Assembly (NCBI GenBank): GCA_031290955.1 | Contig: JAISLJ010000136.1 | Location: forward strand, 1 to 46,734 | Source of the DNA: Zoogloeaceae bacterium | GTDB taxonomy: Bacteria > Pseudomonadota > Gammaproteobacteria > Burkholderiales > Rhodocyclaceae | Direction: 5' to 3' | Length of the DNA: 46,734 bases | In this document: piece after piece, positions 18,824-30,114 of the stretch | How positions within the stretch are numbered: position 1 is the stretch's first letter | How the letters are laid out: every line of letters starts with the position of its first letter | The notes under the pieces: model-generated | What the model was told of the DNA's origin: nothing | The model's input: the letters and a program-made list of their open reading frames with translations, nothing else | The model's database searches: none | Made by a program: the position numbers and the translations under genes

Positions 18824-21800
18824 ATGTTTTCCACTTTCAAGCAAGGCGCATCGGGCAGCAAACCAGGCAGAGGTGGCAATGCCGGTTTTGCGAGCGATGT
18901 TTGCCGAGTTGGCAATCAAGTTGCCAACCGGATGGGTAATCCAGGGCGTGGCCCCGCCGTGTGGCGGGGTCACGCCAGGGTGAAGCAGTTGACCATGCTC
19001 ATGGCAGCGGCTTTTTCCCTCCCCGCAACGGGGGCCGGGACGATCAAACCTTCCAACCAGCCTCTGATGGTTGGTGGCGGGCAACCGGCGAATGTCATGC
19101 TCTTGTTCGATAATTCGATTGGCATGGCTTCTTTTCAGTTGCCCACCAATGTGCCGGAATTCGGTCAGCACACCGGTACTTCTTATCGTCGCCAGCACTA
19201 CGGAAATCTGGCGGCGCGTTCGGTGCATCTGAACAAGCTCGCCTACAACCCCAGGAAGGAATATTCGAGGCCGAGGAAGCAGGACATCTGTTCCGGCGGC
19301 GTTTGCATGCGGGATTATTATCCCAATGTGCCCTTTAGCGCTGCGCCGCGTGACGGCTTTGGCGCGGGGCATCCAACCCCCAATGCGACCGTGGATTTGT
19401 CCAGGGATTATCAGGACCGCACCTACGGCGGTTTGACCGTGACCAGTCGCTCGCAGCCAGATGACGATGGGGCATGCACGCGCGGCACGGGGCCTGTGCC
19501 TTATCTGAATGACGGCAATTGCTCCGAGGACAACAGGGATGCCCGTCCCCGGAGCGCCTATTACACCTATTTTCGCCCGGATCGGGAAGGCCCCTATGCG
19601 TCGGGGACTGGTGTTTCTGTTGTCAATGGCGTGACCGAGACACAGGTGTTTGAATTCACTGGCGCAAGTGGTTCCAATTCCAATCTCTCAAGCATGGTCC
19701 TTACGGTTGCGGGAATTCCTGTGCAACTGGGGAAGAGGGGTGATCTTCCGGCGGGGCATGTGTGCAAGAGCAAAGCGCCGTCAACGACAAGCTCGAACTG
19801 GGATGTTGCCGAGAGGGTCGAGTGTGTGCTGAAAAACACGTCGGCATTCACGGACAATTGGACTGTGACAAGGCACTGGGGCAAGCTGACGCTAACCTCC
19901 AAGATCCCGGACCAGAATGTTGCCAATCTTCCGGAGGTGGGCTTGGGAACTTCAAAGCTCTCGCTCATCAACAAGAGTTATACCGAGGGGGCTGCCCGTT
20001 CTTTCACGCCAGCCAGCAAGGGCTGTGTCTATCAGGTGTTCAAGAAGAACACCAAAAATGCGGATGGAACCTACAGGATCTATAACATCGTTGATCTGGA
20101 TCCACGAAAGGATGCCAAGCTCTACAAGCCTTCCTGGTGCCTGAGTGCCGACAGGAAGAGCGTTGTCGGCACGGCAGCCGAGTGCGTCACGAACAGGATT
20201 GATGGGGCCGGGGATCGGGAGGACGATGGCTGGTGGGCCATTGCGCAACTGGTGGGCAATACGGGTGACGACGCGAATAACAACGGCCAGTGGGATGGCT
20301 GGCGAATTGGCTCGATTCCTGTGGGGGAAACGAAATATTCGGCGTACAGGGTGGTGAACGGTAGCGGGGGGCAGTATTTCCGCACTCCTTTCCAGGCCTG
20401 TTTTGAAGTGGTGACGGTCGGCTCGGCGCGTGATCGGGAATTGACGAACATGACGGCAGACGGAGCCAGGCAGAATTTCGCCAATTGGTATTCCTACTAC
20501 AGCAGCCGAGTCAACCTCCTGAAGGTTTCCATGAGCGAGGTGATGAATGATCTCGACGAGGATATTCGCATCGGCTTTGGCGTGACCGGCGCGGTGAAAT
20601 GGGCCGTAGACTATGCCGGAACAAGTGTTTGCGATTCGACCCCATCGGCGGGTGTATCGGCGGACTGCCCCAACGGACGCGCCTTCAACAGTTTGAATCC
20701 GGCAGCATGGGGGATGACGAGCAAGGTATTCAAGGCAGGGTTGCGTCCGAATCTGGTGGATAACATGGCAAGCCCTGCGAACGGGGATGGCTTCTATGGC
20801 ATTGAGCGTGGCGTGCGTCCGTTCAGGAATTTTGAGAATGATGACAAAAGCGTGCCGCCCGGCTACCGGGGGAAGAAGTTCAAGGATGAAGCGTTCGATT
20901 ATCTCTTCAGCTTGTCGACGGCCTCCATCCGTGATTCGGAAATGCTGAAGCAGGGAACGAGTTCCAAGGCCAGCGACGCTGCCGGCGCGCGGACGGGCAA
21001 TCTGGCCGCGCTGCGCCGCGCATTGGGCGAGGCGGGCGAATATTTTCGCACGGGGAAGCCCACGGGGCCGGACACCGGGCCAGACCTGAGAAGTCCTTGG
21101 TCGATCTACCCTGGCTTGGGCGCCATTACCCCGGATCCGAGTAAAGGAGAGACCTTCAGGAAGCAGAAAATCCTGGCCTGCCGCAAGAGCTATGCGGTGC
21201 TCGTTACCGCGGGCACCTACAACAAGAACAATGACGATAGCGGACATGACCAGAGCCTGCCGGTCAACGCCTGTGCTCACGGCGACCAGGATGGCGTAAG
21301 CGGTCCCAGTTTCACATATACGCCCAGCACTGCGCCGGTCTATGCAAGCACATGCCTTGGCGCGCTTGCAAATACATCCAGCGCTGACTACAAGGATTCA
21401 AGGAAGGTGGGTACCAAGATGGATGGGAGTGACCTCACCTTTGGCGAATACCGCATGTCCATGACACCTGTGGGAACGAAGGGCGAGGTGTTCCCCTACG
21501 AGCCGAAACTGCCCTTCGCCGACAGAAAGAACGGCAGTGATTACTCAGGCTACAAGAATACCCTGGCGGATGTTGCCATGGCCTACTGGAAAAGCGACCT
21601 CCTGGTTGGTCGGTCGGATAACGCCGATGACTTTGCGAACAATGTGCCCATCAGTGGCGAGGATTATGCTTATTGGCAGCACATGAACACTGTCATCCTG
21701 CAAATGGGGGATTCTGCCAGTGTGCGCGCACAAGGGGCGAGTGATGCCGAATATGCTCCAGTGGTGGAAAGCGTGGTTCGCGGCGAAGCCTGGCTCTTGG

Positions 21801-24310
21801 CGAAGGATCCCAGGTGGGGCTATTCCGATTCCGCCGATGCGCCGAAATGCGGCGAAAGCAACCCGACCGGCGACGGTGTCGGCGGCACGGAATGGTGCGA
21901 TCCCATCGGCGACACTGGCGTTGACCTTGGCTCCAGCAGCAAGGGCGCACAGGTGTTGGGCGTGCCGAGAAGCCGCATGTACGGCAACGATCTCCTGCAT
22001 GCCGCCATCAACGGACGCGGTGGCTATTATTCGGTGGAATCCCCGGAAGGTCTTGCGGATGCGCTCAGGAAGGCGATGGAGAGCATGAAGGAAAGCGGTT
22101 TTTCCTTCACGCGGGTAGAAACCAACAGTGGCTCCAGAGCGCCGCGTGCTCTCCTGTATTATGCCAAGTTCAGTTCCAACAACTGGTATGGCGATCTTGA
22201 TGCTTATCGCATTTGCACGGGCGCGGATGTGGAACGGGATTGGGATCGCACGGTAAACCCGCCAACCTGGAAAGCAGGCCAGGGAAATTCCCGCTCCCAG
22301 TGCCGCAACGAGGGCGATCCCTGGAAATGGCCGGATTGGCGCGTGAACAGCAAGGATGGCGGCGGCGCGCAAGGTGTCCTGAACACCCAGGCGCTGGATC
22401 GCCGCAATATCTATGCGGGCATGGGCTGGGGAGACAGCGCCTTGGTCGAATTCACGACTGCCAAGGCCCGCGAGTTTGGCTTGAGCGCGGATCTGATCGA
22501 GTACCTGCGTGGCAGCGCGGCGCAGGAAGCGCAGAACGGCGGCCCTTTCCGGGATCGTAATACCTCCGAGATGACCGTGATTTGCGGCACGGACGCCAAT
22601 CCGGAACCTTGCAAGACAGATGGCAGCAACAGGGAAACTGCGCATCGACCAGCGCCCGAACGCCACTTGATGGGGGATATCATCAATTCCTCGCCGGTAT
22701 TCGTGGGCAATGATGATTTCGGCTTCTCCAGCGCCGGTTCGCTGACCATCGCCCAGCGTATCGCCTACATCACGCGCAAGACCACCACCAACAAGAACCG
22801 CCGTGAACTCGTCTGGGTGGGCGCGAACGATGGCATGCTGCATGCCTTCGACGCCTCGCCCAATTCCACGTCGGATGGCACACGCGGCAGTGGTGATGCC
22901 GGAGGCAAGGAAATCTTTGCCTTCATTCCCTATCATGCCCTGTTGAAGATCGGAGCCTTGAGTCGGCCGAATTACATCCATGAATACTATGTGGATGGTG
23001 AGATCGCTGTTGGCGACGCCCTGCTTGCCGCTGCGGGCGGTGACGAATGGCATACTGTGCTGGTGGGTTCGTCCGGTCTGGGCGGCGGCGCGTATTACGC
23101 GCTGGATATTGAGGATCCCGACAACATCAAGAAGCTTTGGGAAGTTTCCAGCGCCGCATCGGAAACCGAAGACCGCTACGGCAAGATCGGCGCGTTCACG
23201 GTCGGCAAGGCCAGCATTGCCCAAGTGGGCGTGGCGGTTTCTGGCGCTTCCCCGACCACCGCCGGGCAATGGGCGGCTGTTTTCGGGAATGGCTACAACA
23301 GCACGGGTAACGTTGCCGCGCTCTATGTGGTGAATCTCAAGGATGGCGCGCCGATTGCCGTGCTGACGACGCCTGCTGATACTCCCCCCAACACAGCGGC
23401 CAACGGCCTTGCCGCCCCGGTGCTTGCGGATTTCGAGCACGATGGCCGGGCGGATGTCGCCTACGCGGGCGACCTGTATGGCAACCTCTGGCGCTTTCCG
23501 CTGGGCAAGCTTGATGGCGACAAAACCGGGGCGGGAGCGGCCACGCTCATCTTCAAGGCAGGCGCGGACCAGCCGATTACCGGGCAACCGGAAGTCGCGG
23601 TCATCAAGGGCAAGGTCATGGTGTACTTCGGGACGGGTAAATACCTTGAGATGGAGGACAGGGATTCTGTCGCCGTCCAGGCTTTCTATGGCGTGCAGGA
23701 TCCCTGCGGCAAAAGCAGTTCCGCCTGCACTGCCACGCCTCTGACGCCCGCTGATCTTGTCCAGCAGACCATCACGAAGGAAGTTCAGAAGCGCGTTTGC
23801 CCTGTCGGCACGGGCACCACCTGCGTCTCTCCCACGGTTGCCGATGTGCGCCTGGTCTCGAACAATACGCCCGTTCCCCATGCCACGACTGGCGCACTGG
23901 ATAAATTCGGTTTCTATCTCACGCTGAAAGTGGACAGCAAGAATGCGGAGGGCGAGCGCGTGATCGCCAAGCCTGTGGTTTGGGATGACCGCGTGATGTT
24001 CACCAGCATCATCCCCGGTGACAATTCCTGCGCGACGGAAGGTGACGGCTGGCTCTATGAGCTGGATCCGGAATGGGGGGGAAGGCTGAAATTCAGTGTC
24101 TTTGATCTCGACGGAGACAAGAAGTTTGGCGATGTCAATGACGAGGTAGACGGAAAATACGCGAGTGGCAGGCGGGTCGGCTTGAACGGCGGCGGCCTTT
24201 CCACTCGCGGCAACACCAAGTACGTGGGCGGCAAGGGCGGCATCACGGCGATTGCCAACAACCCGGAACAAGGCGTACAAGGCCGCAGGGCGATCCTGCG
24301 CCTGCGCTGA
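18824..24310 (+). CDS. pilY1: PilY1/PilC type IV pilus tip adhesin (1828 aa)
   Basis: ANVMLLFDNS, QNFANWYSYY, TLADVAMAYW, LLHAAINGRG, GDIINSSP, VGANDGMLHAF, YYVDG, YAGDLYGNLWRF; alternative GTG start at 18980. Confidence 0.92.
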   Translation: MFSTFKQGASGSKPGRGGNAGFASDVCRVGNQVANRMGNPGRGPAVWRGHARVKQLTMLMAAAFSLPATGAGTIKPSNQPLMVGGGQPANVMLLFDNSIGMASFQLPTNVPEFGQHTGTSYRRQHYGNLAARSVHLNKLAYNPRKEYSRPRKQDICSGGVCMRDYYPNVPFSAAPRDGFGAGHPTPNATVDLSRDYQDRTYGGLTVTSRSQPDDDGACTRGTGPVPYLNDGNCSEDNRDARPRSAYYTYFRPDREGPYASGTGVSVVNGVTETQVFEFTGASGSNSNLSSMVLTVAGIPVQLGKRGDLPAGHVCKSKAPSTTSSNWDVAERVECVLKNTSAFTDNWTVTRHWGKLTLTSKIPDQNVANLPEVGLGTSKLSLINKSYTEGAARSFTPASKGCVYQVFKKNTKNADGTYRIYNIVDLDPRKDAKLYKPSWCLSADRKSVVGTAAECVTNRIDGAGDREDDGWWAIAQLVGNTGDDANNNGQWDGWRIGSIPVGETKYSAYRVVNGSGGQYFRTPFQACFEVVTVGSARDRELTNMTADGARQNFANWYSYYSSRVNLLKVSMSEVMNDLDEDIRIGFGVTGAVKWAVDYAGTSVCDSTPSAGVSADCPNGRAFNSLNPAAWGMTSKVFKAGLRPNLVDNMASPANGDGFYGIERGVRPFRNFENDDKSVPPGYRGKKFKDEAFDYLFSLSTASIRDSEMLKQGTSSKASDAAGARTGNLAALRRALGEAGEYFRTGKPTGPDTGPDLRSPWSIYPGLGAITPDPSKGETFRKQKILACRKSYAVLVTAGTYNKNNDDSGHDQSLPVNACAHGDQDGVSGPSFTYTPSTAPVYASTCLGALANTSSADYKDSRKVGTKMDGSDLTFGEYRMSMTPVGTKGEVFPYEPKLPFADRKNGSDYSGYKNTLADVAMAYWKSDLLVGRSDNADDFANNVPISGEDYAYWQHMNTVILQMGDSASVRAQGASDAEYAPVVESVVRGEAWLLAKDPRWGYSDSADAPKCGESNPTGDGVGGTEWCDPIGDTGVDLGSSSKGAQVLGVPRSRMYGNDLLHAAINGRGGYYSVESPEGLADALRKAMESMKESGFSFTRVETNSGSRAPRALLYYAKFSSNNWYGDLDAYRICTGADVERDWDRTVNPPTWKAGQGNSRSQCRNEGDPWKWPDWRVNSKDGGGAQGVLNTQALDRRNIYAGMGWGDSALVEFTTAKAREFGLSADLIEYLRGSAAQEAQNGGPFRDRNTSEMTVICGTDANPEPCKTDGSNRETAHRPAPERHLMGDIINSSPVFVGNDDFGFSSAGSLTIAQRIAYITRKTTTNKNRRELVWVGANDGMLHAFDASPNSTSDGTRGSGDAGGKEIFAFIPYHALLKIGALSRPNYIHEYYVDGEIAVGDALLAAAGGDEWHTVLVGSSGLGGGAYYALDIEDPDNIKKLWEVSSAASETEDRYGKIGAFTVGKASIAQVGVAVSGASPTTAGQWAAVFGNGYNSTGNVAALYVVNLKDGAPIAVLTTPADTPPNTAANGLAAPVLADFEHDGRADVAYAGDLYGNLWRFPLGKLDGDKTGAGAATLIFKAGADQPITGQPEVAVIKGKVMVYFGTGKYLEMEDRDSVAVQAFYGVQDPCGKSSSACTATPLTPADLVQQTITKEVQKRVCPVGTGTTCVSPTVADVRLVSNNTPVPHATTGALDKFGFYLTLKVDSKNAEGERVIAKPVVWDDRVMFTSIIPGDNSCATEGDGWLYELDPEWGGRLKFSVFDLDGDKKFGDVNDEVDGKYASGRRVGLNGGGLSTRGNTKYVGGKGGITAIANNPEQGVQGRRAILRLR

Positions 24311-24337
24311 AGATTTGGGAAGAAAAGGAGGAAAATC

Positions 24338-24916
24338 ATGAAAAACATCATCATCCCGGCAGGCAAGAGTTTCACGTCTGCCGGAGCGAGCAGGGCCAAT
24401 GCCCCCCTTGTTCCCCTCCCCCTCTGGGGGCAGAGGGGAGGGAGCCCAAACGCAACCCGTGGCTTCACGCTCATCGAACTGATGATCGTCGTCTCGATCC
24501 TCGCGGTGCTCGCGGCGCTTGCGCTCACGTCCTTCCAGAAACAAGCTCTGCGCGCCAACCGCGTGGAATGCGTGGGGGCCATGATGGCCGAAAGCGGCAA
24601 GTTGGAACGCGCCTACTCTTTCACTCGCGATTACGGGAAGGTCTACAGCGGTACTCTCAACGACAGCAAGCTCACTTCCTGCCCGCTTGACACGAACGGC
24701 AGCACCAGTGCCAACAAGCAGACGTATACGGTCACGGTCAATTCCACGAAGACGACCTACACGATCGTTGCCATACCGATCGGCAGGCAGGCGCAGGATT
24801 CCTGTGGCGGACTCGCGCTTACGCATCTGGGCGAGAAGAAATCCGGCGTCAGCGACAGCACTGGCGCCAGCGCTGCGCACAACAACGATGCAATCGCCGC
24901 TGCCTGCTGGCGCTAA
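24338..24916 (+). CDS. pilE: PilE-like type IV pilin with 42-aa leader
   Basis: RG|[27 protein letters not shown], ends CWR; AGGAGG RBS. Confidence 0.85.
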   Translation: MKNIIIPAGKSFTSAGASRANAPLVPLPLWGQRGGSPNATRGFTLIELMIVVSILAVLAALALTSFQKQALRANRVECVGAMMAESGKLERAYSFTRDYGKVYSGTLNDSKLTSCPLDTNGSTSANKQTYTVTVNSTKTTYTIVAIPIGRQAQDSCGGLALTHLGEKKSGVSDSTGASAAHNNDAIAAACWR

Positions 24917-24938
24917 GGCGGCAAGGAGGAACAATATC

Positions 24939-25412
24939 ATGAACAGGAAACAATGTGGATTCTTACAAGGAAAGATTGGGATTTCGGAAGGGTTTCCTCC
25001 TTCTGGAAAGCATGCCGGTTTTTCCCTTATTGAACTGATGGTGGTGGTGGCGGTCATTGTGATCCTCGCGGCGATCGCCATTCCCGCCTATCAGGATTAC
25101 ACCTACCGCGTGAATCGCTCCGAGTGCGAATCTGTCATGCAGCAGGCTGCCGCTACGCTGGAACAGCGCCACACAGCCCGGAACAGCTACCTCACTACGG
25201 GCAGTGCGCATGATGGAAGCCTGCCAAAACGCTGCGGCGAAAAACAGCAAACGTATGGAGTGACCTACTCGATCGCATCGACGGGGCTAAGTTTCACAAT
25301 CAAGGCCACTCCTGCAGGAAGACAGGTAAATGATAGATGTGGTTCTCTGCAATTGACGAATCAGGGCGTGAAAAGCGCACAAAACGGCACGGTGGAAAGC
25401 TGCTGGCGCTAG
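24939..25412 (+). CDS. pilE: Second PilE-like type IV pilin
   Basis: AG|[38 protein letters not shown], ends CWR; AAGGAGG RBS. Confidence 0.87.
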   Translation: MNRKQCGFLQGKIGISEGFPPSGKHAGFSLIELMVVVAVIVILAAIAIPAYQDYTYRVNRSECESVMQQAAATLEQRHTARNSYLTTGSAHDGSLPKRCGEKQQTYGVTYSIASTGLSFTIKATPAGRQVNDRCGSLQLTNQGVKSAQNGTVESCWR

Positions 25413-25425
25413 GACGGATGTTCCG

Positions 25426-25466
25426 GGAAAAGGAAGGGGCGCACAAGAGCCTCTCTTCCTTTTTCC
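25426..25466 (+). terminator. Putative stem-loop after the pilin operon
   Basis: GGAAAAGGAAGGGG...CCTCTCTTCCTTTTTCC imperfect inverted repeat. Confidence 0.4.
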
Positions 25467-25589
25467 TCTGTGCGGGGAGCACTGGGTGCGACGCCTGTGC
25501 TGTTCTTTTGGGATATAATGAAATCCTTGTCGGTTTGACGGCCTTGATACAGGTGAGGACAAGGTTTTTTGCACAGGGGGGATTTCATC

Positions 25590-26834
25590 ATGGGATTATT
25601 CGATTTATTCAGCAACATCATCTTTGGTTCTTCCGCCCGTGAGCCGGAAAGTTCCTACGGCGAGCAGGAACGCAGGCTGGAAGCGCACATCAATCCAAGG
25701 GAAGGGACGCGCGTCCTGATTGTGGATGATTCCCCGACCATTGCCGCCGTCCTCAGGCGTTTTCTGGATGCGGCGGGCTGTTTCTGCATGGAAGCGCCGG
25801 ATGCCAAGGTCGGGCTTGAGCTGGCGCTTACCCAGAAGCCGGAATTGGTCTTTCTGGATATCGTCATGCCGGGCATCAATGGCTTTGCCGCGTTGCGCGC
25901 CCTGCGCCGCAATGCCCGCACCAAGGATATTCCTATCATCATGATGAGTGGCAACGAACAGGCTACGGCGCAGTTCTTCGGCACCAACATCGGAGCGGAT
26001 GATTTCATGAAGAAACCATTTTCGCGTGATGAGGTGTTCAGTCGCATTGAGCGTCTGCTGGACGAAAACGGCATTCCCCGCCGCTTGTATGACGAAAATG
26101 GGCATGTGCAGGGTGTGCCAGGGCACAATATTCCGTCCGTTCCCGCTCCCCCTGCGGAGTTTGCGTTCCAGCCGCAGCCGTCGCAGTTCGTTCATACCCC
26201 GCAAGCTTTTGCGCAAGCGCCGGTGCAGAACCAGCCGCTTGCGCAGAATCCGTCTCCAAAGCAGGGCCAGACGCCTGTTCAGGGGCATGTGTTTCAGGTT
26301 CAGCCGCCCATTGAGAATCTGCCGCCCGTTCCTGCCCAGAAGGGCGCGGGGGACATCGATTTCGATCTTTCTATTTTCGATGTGGAACTGCCGTCAAAAC
26401 CCGGCGCACGACCGCAAAAACCGACCGCACCGCAGCAAACGACCATATCCAGCGCGCCGCCGCAACTCTCCATCGTGCCTCCGGTCGTGCCGCCCGTGCC
26501 GCAACAACAAGCAGCGCCAGTTTTGGCCGTGGTGTCCGCGCCCGCGCCGGAATTACTCTCCCGGGCCCCGGTCGGTTCATCGCCACGAACGGCCCCGCAA
26601 ACGCCGCAGCCTGTGGCGCAATTGTCGCAAATGGAACTTCTGACGAAGATCGCCGCCATCGCGCAACAGGCGCAAGCCAATCCCGCTTTGCTGGTTGAGC
26701 TTTCTGCCCTGACCACCCAACTGGCCGCGCTCTCGTCTCCACAATCTCCGCTCCAGCAGACTGTTTCCTACCTTCCCGCCTCTGATCCGGATGAAGACGA
26801 GGATCCCCCGCCCTTGAACATCGCGCAGGAATAG
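25590..26834 (+). CDS. PilH/CheY-like response regulator with long Pro/Gln-rich C-terminal tail
   Basis: VLIVDDS, FLDIVMPG, MMSG, MKKPF receiver motifs; TATAAT at 25514-25519. Confidence 0.82.
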   Translation: MGLFDLFSNIIFGSSAREPESSYGEQERRLEAHINPREGTRVLIVDDSPTIAAVLRRFLDAAGCFCMEAPDAKVGLELALTQKPELVFLDIVMPGINGFAALRALRRNARTKDIPIIMMSGNEQATAQFFGTNIGADDFMKKPFSRDEVFSRIERLLDENGIPRRLYDENGHVQGVPGHNIPSVPAPPAEFAFQPQPSQFVHTPQAFAQAPVQNQPLAQNPSPKQGQTPVQGHVFQVQPPIENLPPVPAQKGAGDIDFDLSIFDVELPSKPGARPQKPTAPQQTTISSAPPQLSIVPPVVPPVPQQQAAPVLAVVSAPAPELLSRAPVGSSPRTAPQTPQPVAQLSQMELLTKIAAIAQQAQANPALLVELSALTTQLAALSSPQSPLQQTVSYLPASDPDEDEDPPPLNIAQE

Positions 26835-26980
26835 CTTGCGCGGGGCGGGCTTGGCCCCTCTCTCCGCCAAAGAAGACGGGGGCTGCGCTTGTGACGGGAT
26901 CGGTTGCATGACGCTTTGGGCTGTACGTTTCCCGCATTGCCGGGTATAGTCAATGTTTTGCATGTCCGGAAGGAATTGAC

Positions 26981-28249
26981 ATGATTGCCCGCAAGACCCC
27001 TACCCAATCCACTCCATCCGCCGAATCTCCCGCCGAAAAGGGGAATCCGCCATTGGTCGAAACGTCCGTGGCGGAACAAACGCCCGCCGCCGGAAATTCC
27101 CCTCGCCCCGCGCCAGAGAAGGACGCCATCCACAGCGGTGCCGTTCGCCGGGCGCGCGCTGGCGACATTGCGACTTCGCGCACGCCGGACGGCATCGAGA
27201 CCTTCGAGGTGACCAAGGCGGTGGATGCCGCGCAGAAATCCAAGGAGATTGCCCTGGCCGAGATCCTGAAACAATCGACACGCGAACAGACGATCCAGTC
27301 CGCCAGCACCGTGCTGGAAACCATCCTGAACGGCGCTTCCCCGGATGACGTGGAAGCCCTGCGCGATGCCTTCCTGAAGAAGATCGAAAACACCGCTGTC
27401 TGCTTGCCGGTCAAGCCGGATGACGAACTTTCCTCCGATTGGCGCAAGGGCGGCTATCCGTACAAGAACCTGATGTCGCGTAAAAACTACGAAAAGCAGA
27501 AGTACCAGCTTCAGGTCGAACTGCTGAAATTACAGGCATGGGTGAAGGAAACCGGGCAGCGCATCCTGATCCTCTTCGAGGGCCGGGACGCAGCCGGCAA
27601 GGGCGGCACCATCAAGCGTTTCATGGAGCACCTGAACCCGCGTGGCGCTTCCGTGGTGGCGCTCGAAAAGCCTTCGGATGTGGAACGCGGGCAGTGGTAT
27701 TTCCAGCGTTACATCCAGCATCTGCCCAGTTCCGGCGAGATCGTGCTGCTTGACCGTTCCTGGTACAACCGGGCGGGCGTGGAGCATGTCATGGGTTTCT
27801 GCACGGCGGACGAATACGCCGAATTCATGCGCCAGTGTCCGGAACTTGAACGCAACCTCGTGCGCAGCGGCACTTTTCTTATCAAATTCTGGTTCTCCGT
27901 GAGCCGCGCCGAGCAGCGCCGCCGCTTCAAGGAACGCGAGAACCATCCATTGAAACAGTGGAAACTCTCGCCCATTGACATGGCCTCCCTCGATAAATGG
28001 GATGAATACACCAAGGCGAAGGAAGCCATGTTCTTCTACACGGATACGGCGGACGCCCCCTGGACGGTGGTGAAATCCGATTGCAAGAAGCGGGCGCGTT
28101 TGAATGCCATGCGTTACGTCCTGCACAAGATTCCCTACGCCAACAAGGATCTGAACCGCATCGGCCCCCTGGACCCTCTCCTGGTCGGACGCGCCAATGT
28201 GGTCTATGAAAAGGGCGAACAGGAAAGCATTGCCGCGCCCATCCTGTAG
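26981..28249 (+). CDS. ppk2: Polyphosphate kinase 2 with N-terminal extension
   Basis: [39 protein letters not shown]. Confidence 0.94.
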   Translation: MIARKTPTQSTPSAESPAEKGNPPLVETSVAEQTPAAGNSPRPAPEKDAIHSGAVRRARAGDIATSRTPDGIETFEVTKAVDAAQKSKEIALAEILKQSTREQTIQSASTVLETILNGASPDDVEALRDAFLKKIENTAVCLPVKPDDELSSDWRKGGYPYKNLMSRKNYEKQKYQLQVELLKLQAWVKETGQRILILFEGRDAAGKGGTIKRFMEHLNPRGASVVALEKPSDVERGQWYFQRYIQHLPSSGEIVLLDRSWYNRAGVEHVMGFCTADEYAEFMRQCPELERNLVRSGTFLIKFWFSVSRAEQRRRFKERENHPLKQWKLSPIDMASLDKWDEYTKAKEAMFFYTDTADAPWTVVKSDCKKRARLNAMRYVLHKIPYANKDLNRIGPLDPLLVGRANVVYEKGEQESIAAPIL

Positions 28250-28302
28250 TTTTTTTGGGACGTTCGATGCCAACAGCGCCTTCCGGAATCCCGGAAGCAA
28301 CA

Positions 28303-29292
28303 ATGGCGGAGGGCCAGGTGCCTCCCGCCATTTTGCTGATGGGGCCGACCGCAAGCGGCAAGACCACGCTGGCGCTGGCGCTGGCGCGCCGCTTTCCTGT
28401 GGAGATCATCAGTGTTGATTCGGCGCTGGTCTTCAAGGATATGGACATTGGCACCGCCAAGCCGAACAAGGCGACGCTGGCGGCCTTTCCGCACCGCCTG
28501 ATCGACCTCATCACGCCGGAAGAAGTCTATTCCGCCGCCCGTTTCCGAGAAGAGGCGCTGCTCGCCATGCGCGAGATCACGGAGCGGGGCGCGGTTCCGC
28601 TTCTGGTGGGCGGCACCATGCTCTACTACAAGGCGCTTCTCGAAGGATTGGCCGAGTTGCCGCAGGCCGACCCGCAACTGCGCGCCCGGCTGGACGCGGA
28701 AGCGGCAGAGAAGGGTTGGCCTGCCCTGCATGCGGAACTGGCGCGGCGCGACCCGGAAACTGCGGCGCGCCTTGATCCCACGGATCGCCAGCGCATCCAG
28801 CGGGCGCTGGAAATCTGCCTTGCGAGCGGACGCGCCATGTCCGAACTCCTGGCCCAGGGGAAAAGCGGCCCCCCGCCTTGCCGCTTCCTGAAACTCGCCC
28901 TGCTGCCTGCGGAGCGTTCCGTCCTGCACGAGCGCATCGCCCGGCGTTTCCAGGCCATGCTGGAAGGCGGCCTGATCGAAGAAGTGGAGACCCTGCGCCG
29001 TCGCTACCGCCTGCATCCCGACCTGCCTTCCATGCGCGCGGTCGGTTATCGTCAGGTGTGGGCGTGGATGGAGGGCGCATACGCGGATCGCGCCGAACTC
29101 GTCAATCGCGGCATCTACGCCACCCGCCAGCTTGCCAAGCGCCAGATCACCTGGCTTGCCAACAGCCTCCCCGGCGAACCCTGCGACTGCCTCGCCCCCG
29201 ATCTGGAATCCCGCGTCGCCAGACGGGTCGAGGAATTTTTGCGGGGGGGATGCGTCGGAGGAGAAAGCCGCAAGGCAATACTCCGCCGTTGA
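28303..29292 (+). CDS. miaA: tRNA dimethylallyltransferase
   Basis: [50 protein letters not shown]. Confidence 0.96.
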   Translation: MAEGQVPPAILLMGPTASGKTTLALALARRFPVEIISVDSALVFKDMDIGTAKPNKATLAAFPHRLIDLITPEEVYSAARFREEALLAMREITERGAVPLLVGGTMLYYKALLEGLAELPQADPQLRARLDAEAAEKGWPALHAELARRDPETAARLDPTDRQRIQRALEICLASGRAMSELLAQGKSGPPPCRFLKLALLPAERSVLHERIARRFQAMLEGGLIEEVETLRRRYRLHPDLPSMRAVGYRQVWAWMEGAYADRAELVNRGIYATRQLAKRQITWLANSLPGEPCDCLAPDLESRVARRVEEFLRGGCVGGESRKAILRR

Positions 29293-29407
29293 TTGCCGTT
29301 GCATTGATGATTCCGGAAGTGTAGGATGCGCGGGTAGGTGTGCTGGGCGGACTGAATCAGCGCTTCGCGCCATTTTCCCCTTCACTGTGTTTTCTCCAGG
29401 AGATGTC

Positions 29408-30035
29408 ATGCGCAAAATCATGCAATTTGTCGCGGTCAGTTGCCGCGCTTGCCGTTGCTGCCTGCGGCAATCCCAAGGATGCCAACAAGGCCAATTTTTC
29501 CAAGGCGATTCAGGCGTATCTGGATACGCAACCTGCCCTTTGCGTGGAAGTTCCCTTTGGCCGTGAGGGCCGTAAGCTCCCTGTTGTGATACAGGAGCAG
29601 AAGGGGAATGAGAAGGATCGTGCGGAGGCGCTTGTCGAAGCGGGGCTTCTGGGCAAGCGGGAAACCGAGGTCAAATCCATATGGAGTATCCGCGAGGAGA
29701 TGGTGCCCGCAACAGAATATCAGGCCACGGCGCTTGGCAAGCAATATCTGGTCACGGAAAAATCCGGTTCTTCCAGTTTCTGCACCGGAAAATACAAGCT
29801 GACCGGCATCGACAATTTCACCGAACCCGCCTCGAACCAGTGGGTGAGCGCAACGATGTCGCAGGCAACATTCCGGTACGAGATCACGGACCTTGCCGAT
29901 TGGACGCAATCCGAAAAGCTGCGCGCCGCTGATGAATGGACATTCAAGGCGCTTGAAAAAAATCAGGACAAGGCCGTGCTCGTCCTGACCAATGAAGGAT
30001 GGATTCACGAACGCCTGCTCAAGCTCAACCAGTGA
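29408..30035 (+). pseudogene. Hypothetical lipoprotein, apparently frameshifted within its signal peptide
   Basis: AGGAG-5nt-ATG 29408 gives MRKIMQFVAV; lipobox region VAALAVAAC and the mature domain are in another frame; in-frame ATG 29403 abuts the RBS. Confidence 0.55.
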
Positions 30036-30114
30036 CGCTCCAGAATTGCCGTCCCCAGTGCCCGGTGGTAGGATTCCTCCGTTTTGTGCGGCGGGGCGAA
30101 GGGAACGAAACATC

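Noticed and set aside
21545-25081. 1178-aa minus-strand ORF, and other long antisense ORFs (7998-9854, 40522-42393, 30025-31431)
   Set aside because: Shadows of well-supported genes on the opposite strand; no recognisable motifs
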